Below, in pieces: positions 61,062 to 64,000 of a stretch of DNA of 64,000 bases. Position numbers and translations under genes: made by a program. Source of the DNA: Dehalococcoidia bacterium (GTDB taxonomy: Bacteria > Chloroflexota > Dehalococcoidia > Plut-88900); contig CBDBLV010000003.1 of assembly GCA_965207225.1 (NCBI GenBank), positions 64,001 through 128,000 of the forward strand, given 5' to 3'. Positions within the stretch are counted from its first letter, which is position 1, and the number at the start of each line of letters is the position of its first letter. The notes below the pieces were generated by a model that worked only from the letters and a program-made list of their open reading frames with translations, did no database searches and was not told the DNA's origin.

Positions 61062-61574
61062 AACATCCTCCAGTTCTTCCAAAGACAATGAGGGAGTGAT
61101 GCAACATTTTATCACAAGCCAAATGTTAGGCTGAGGCCGTCTATGTACACACGAGTATGGCCAGTAGCATGAGAAGCTGAGATCACCCTTTTAGGCGCGT
61201 CAGCTTTGTTTATACAATTAGCCAAGTCTAGTGTAATGACTCTATTAACCGCATTTGAATGCTGCGTTTAAGCCAAAGCAGATTTGTAAGCGAAATTAAG
61301 TTCACTTACTAAGCGAATCTCAAAGGGAATATGCAACAAGGTTATTATTACACTTCGACTTCTGGATCCGTTTCGAGTCCGGGCAGCCTGATAGAATAGA
61401 TCCGGGAGTGGCAGCTAAGTGGTCCGTGAGTGCGGTCTCTCTTCGTCAGACTGTTCACGGCCACGAAGACGTTGCCGGGGACTTCGAGGTGTGTCTGTGT
61501 CGCCGGCGGTTGTGCCAGGTTGTAGGCGTCGGACGGGGTTGGGCTAGTGCAAATCAGCCTTTTGATTGAGGTGT

Positions 61575-63035
61575 ATGGCAGTGATTCTGAATAGCGCACG
61601 CAAGACCGTCCTGAGGCATATCCGGCGGTCGCTGATAACCGGGCTGCTAGTCTTGCTGCCCGTGGCCCTCACCTACGTTATCGTACGTTTCCTGTTCGAT
61701 ATCGTGGACGGATTCCTGCGTCCCTGGATCGAGTGGCTCCTCGAGCGGTTCGGGATTGAATGGTCGTTGCCGGGGCCGGGAGTGGTTCTGGCCGTAATCA
61801 TAGTCTACCTGATCGGTGCCTTCGCCACTTTTAGGTTGGGGAGCATGGTAGTCGACTGGATACGAAAGTCTCTTCTCCGCATACCGTTCATCGGCACACT
61901 CTACTCAGCCAATCGACAGCTTATCGAGTCCTTTTCCGGCGCCAGCGTCACGGGATTCAAGCGGGTAGTGCTTGTACAGTTTCCCAGGGCGGATGCCTGG
62001 AGCCTGGGCTTTCTGACCGGGTTAACGGATGCCGCAGATGCGGAGAAGCTGATAATGACCTATGTTCCAACCGCGCCGCTGCCGAATTCGGGATTCGTGG
62101 TGCTGATGCCGCCGGAGGACGTTCTGGACACTGATCTGACAGTTCCCGAGGCGATGCAGCTCATATTCTCCGGGGGCATCGTCTCACCCAGAACAATAAA
62201 GACGAGAAAGATCGACGTGACTGAGGTTGAAAGACAGTTACGGGATATGGAGCAACCCGCCCATGCGGTAACGAGGGCGGTAGGTACGAGCGTTACCGCA
62301 GCTGCGACTAAGGCTGCGAAGTTATCCGTTGGGAAGATAAGGCAATCGTCTGCGAGAGCATTACATACGGTGGGGGCCGCGGCCCACGGGCCCAGTTCCG
62401 TCGCACGGGACGCCATGGTAGGGGCCATGCACGCTGTGGACTCTCTCGGGGTGTGGTCCGCAGAACACGTCAGGGATGCAACGATGGGTGTCGTGCTTGG
62501 CGTCAGGGACGCGACGGGAGTTACAACGAGGATTCTCCACGACGCGGTTGCCGGCGCGCTCTACCACAGAAAGGGGAGAGACGAGCAAACATCAACAATT
62601 CAAGGCGCTGCCGAGGGGACGATGCAGGTGGCGGCATCCGTGGGCATCCCCGCTGACCTCGCTGTGAGGCAGATATCTCGGGCGGCGGTGGAGGCCCTTA
62701 AGAACAACGAAGAAGACCTGATTGAAGGTGGAAAGGCTGCGATGCGGGGGATAATCAGTGGTTCGGCGACGGCGGGAGAGAATGTGTCGGTGGCAGCCGA
62801 GCAAAGCGCGTATGAACTGGTCTCCCATGCAGCGATGATGGAATTCCCGGAGCTTGGGGAGCTTGCTGAAGCGATAGCCGATGCCGCTGCTCAGGCTGCT
62901 GCGGAGCTTTCATTGGACCCGAATGAACTGGCCGGGACGGCAGCAAAGGGCTCTCTGAGGGCCGCCGAGGAGGCAGGCCATTCTGCAGGCGAGGCGGTTA
63001 AGGCGGCTATTGGGAAGAGGTATGGGGCGTTGTAG
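61575..63035 (+). CDS. DUF502 membrane protein fused to an Ala-rich helical-repeat domain
   Basis: GLLVLLP, RIPFIG-LY, FKRVVLVQFPR, YVPTAP-PNSGF and IFSGG. Confidence 0.82.
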   Translation: MAVILNSARKTVLRHIRRSLITGLLVLLPVALTYVIVRFLFDIVDGFLRPWIEWLLERFGIEWSLPGPGVVLAVIIVYLIGAFATFRLGSMVVDWIRKSLLRIPFIGTLYSANRQLIESFSGASVTGFKRVVLVQFPRADAWSLGFLTGLTDAADAEKLIMTYVPTAPLPNSGFVVLMPPEDVLDTDLTVPEAMQLIFSGGIVSPRTIKTRKIDVTEVERQLRDMEQPAHAVTRAVGTSVTAAATKAAKLSVGKIRQSSARALHTVGAAAHGPSSVARDAMVGAMHAVDSLGVWSAEHVRDATMGVVLGVRDATGVTTRILHDAVAGALYHRKGRDEQTSTIQGAAEGTMQVAASVGIPADLAVRQISRAAVEALKNNEEDLIEGGKAAMRGIISGSATAGENVSVAAEQSAYELVSHAAMMEFPELGELAEAIADAAAQAAAELSLDPNELAGTAAKGSLRAAEEAGHSAGEAVKAAIGKRYGAL

Positions 63036-63219
63036 CAAAGACCCCGTTAACGACTACGCAGGCCCGCTAGCTTCAATCCAATCGTGTGGTAATCGTTGTC
63101 GGCTTTGGTCCAGATTTCCACGTGACTCATGGCTGGCTCCCGGTCCCCTCAACTCCACCGCCCGCCGCCTTCTCACTAACCCTCTATTTGAGACCCGCCT
63201 CGTGCTTTAGCACAATGCC

Positions 63220-63948
63220 TTACTTGAGATTGGGGCCCGTGCTGCCCGGGGCTTGACTCCTCGATTCATCCGTGGAAGCAGAGGCAGTGTCTTCTCCTGG
63301 GGGAAAGTCGGGCGGGGACTCCTCGGAGGGGGGAGGTTGACTGCGGAGCCGATTTCTTATCCCCATTACCAGTTTCACCACCGCCAGCGCAATCCGCAAG
63401 ACAAACTCCAGGCCGATGAGGAAGAGCAGGTAATAGAGGATGCTCTCACTGTAGTCTCCTGCCACCTCCAGGCTTTCCAGCGAGTCCGTAACCGAGAAGA
63501 AAGAAGCGTCTACAAGGAAGATGCCTAGTACGGCAAAGGGAAGAATCTTCGCCAGGTCCCGAGACAGATCTTCCTTGAAGTAGGACGTGACCCGGATGGC
63601 GGATACCGTGGCCAGCGCTATCAACAAAGTCTCGGGAAAAGTCTGGCCCTTGGACAGAAAGGCCAGTATCAGCGTCAGGACTGCGAACCAGAAAAAGGCG
63701 AAGACCGGAAACAGTACAAGGTACTTGAAGACATACAGGACCACGTGGAGGACCGACCTCCCCGGCCCGTGGCTTCGGCCCTCGTACCTGGAGATGTCAA
63801 GTTTGAACATGTCCCGAGCCGCGACAAACCGATAGAACTTGAACACGAACACCGCGTACGCGGACATGCCCAGGACGTAAATTGAAACGGGCCACAGCAG
63901 GTCCCAGGCATCATTGACGTCCAGGCCCTTGGTGAATATGTCGTTCAT
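63220..63948 (-). CDS. Hypothetical membrane protein
   Basis: Several TM segments; EDLSRDLAKILPF motif. Confidence 0.7.
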   Translation of the reverse strand: MNDIFTKGLDVNDAWDLLWPVSIYVLGMSAYAVFVFKFYRFVAARDMFKLDISRYEGRSHGPGRSVLHVVLYVFKYLVLFPVFAFFWFAVLTLILAFLSKGQTFPETLLIALATVSAIRVTSYFKEDLSRDLAKILPFAVLGIFLVDASFFSVTDSLESLEVAGDYSESILYYLLFLIGLEFVLRIALAVVKLVMGIRNRLRSQPPPSEESPPDFPPGEDTASASTDESRSQAPGSTGPNLK

Positions 63949-64000
63949 ATCCTCGCCTGCTTCTCCTAAAGGCAACTGCCGGCAATGCGGCGCCGCAACG

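Overview
GC-rich bacterial DNA, probably Chloroflexota (Dehalococcoidia/SAR202-like, possibly a marine invertebrate symbiont). This is an inference from VEVP-repeat lipoproteins, LRR and Calx-beta surface proteins and Uma2. Positions 1-42.9 kb resolve into a tandem stack of three related integrative elements. E-left is partial (<1-3933), E-mid is ~18.9 kb (3934-22850) and E-right is ~20.0 kb (22851-42888). Each has a Replic_Relax/MOB_C-like gene followed by a motif-rich non-coding block, plus variable cargo. The two complete elements also have a terminal large serine recombinase (LSR). Cargo includes R-M systems, a fused sensor kinase-regulator, a helicase IV, a sugar-binding lipoprotein and a 3133-aa adhesin. 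The three junctions share a GCCCACCA core at the centre of att-like inverted repeats. The crossover lies inside each LSR gene, so excision would graft a separately encoded C-terminal tail onto the recombinase. At 43.1-50.7 kb is a second island bounded by a 39-bp direct repeat ending in a tRNA-Ser-like 3' end. It holds a tyrosine-integrase remnant, an Fe/B12-type ABC operon and a ~580-nt candidate structured RNA (ROOL-like). The rest looks chromosomal: an NrfC-NrfD fusion with a molybdopterin oxidoreductase, MFS, sucCD, tRNA-Ala(GGC) and a DUF502 locus. No CRISPR array, rRNA or reverse transcriptase was seen. Family assignments are by eye, without database searches.
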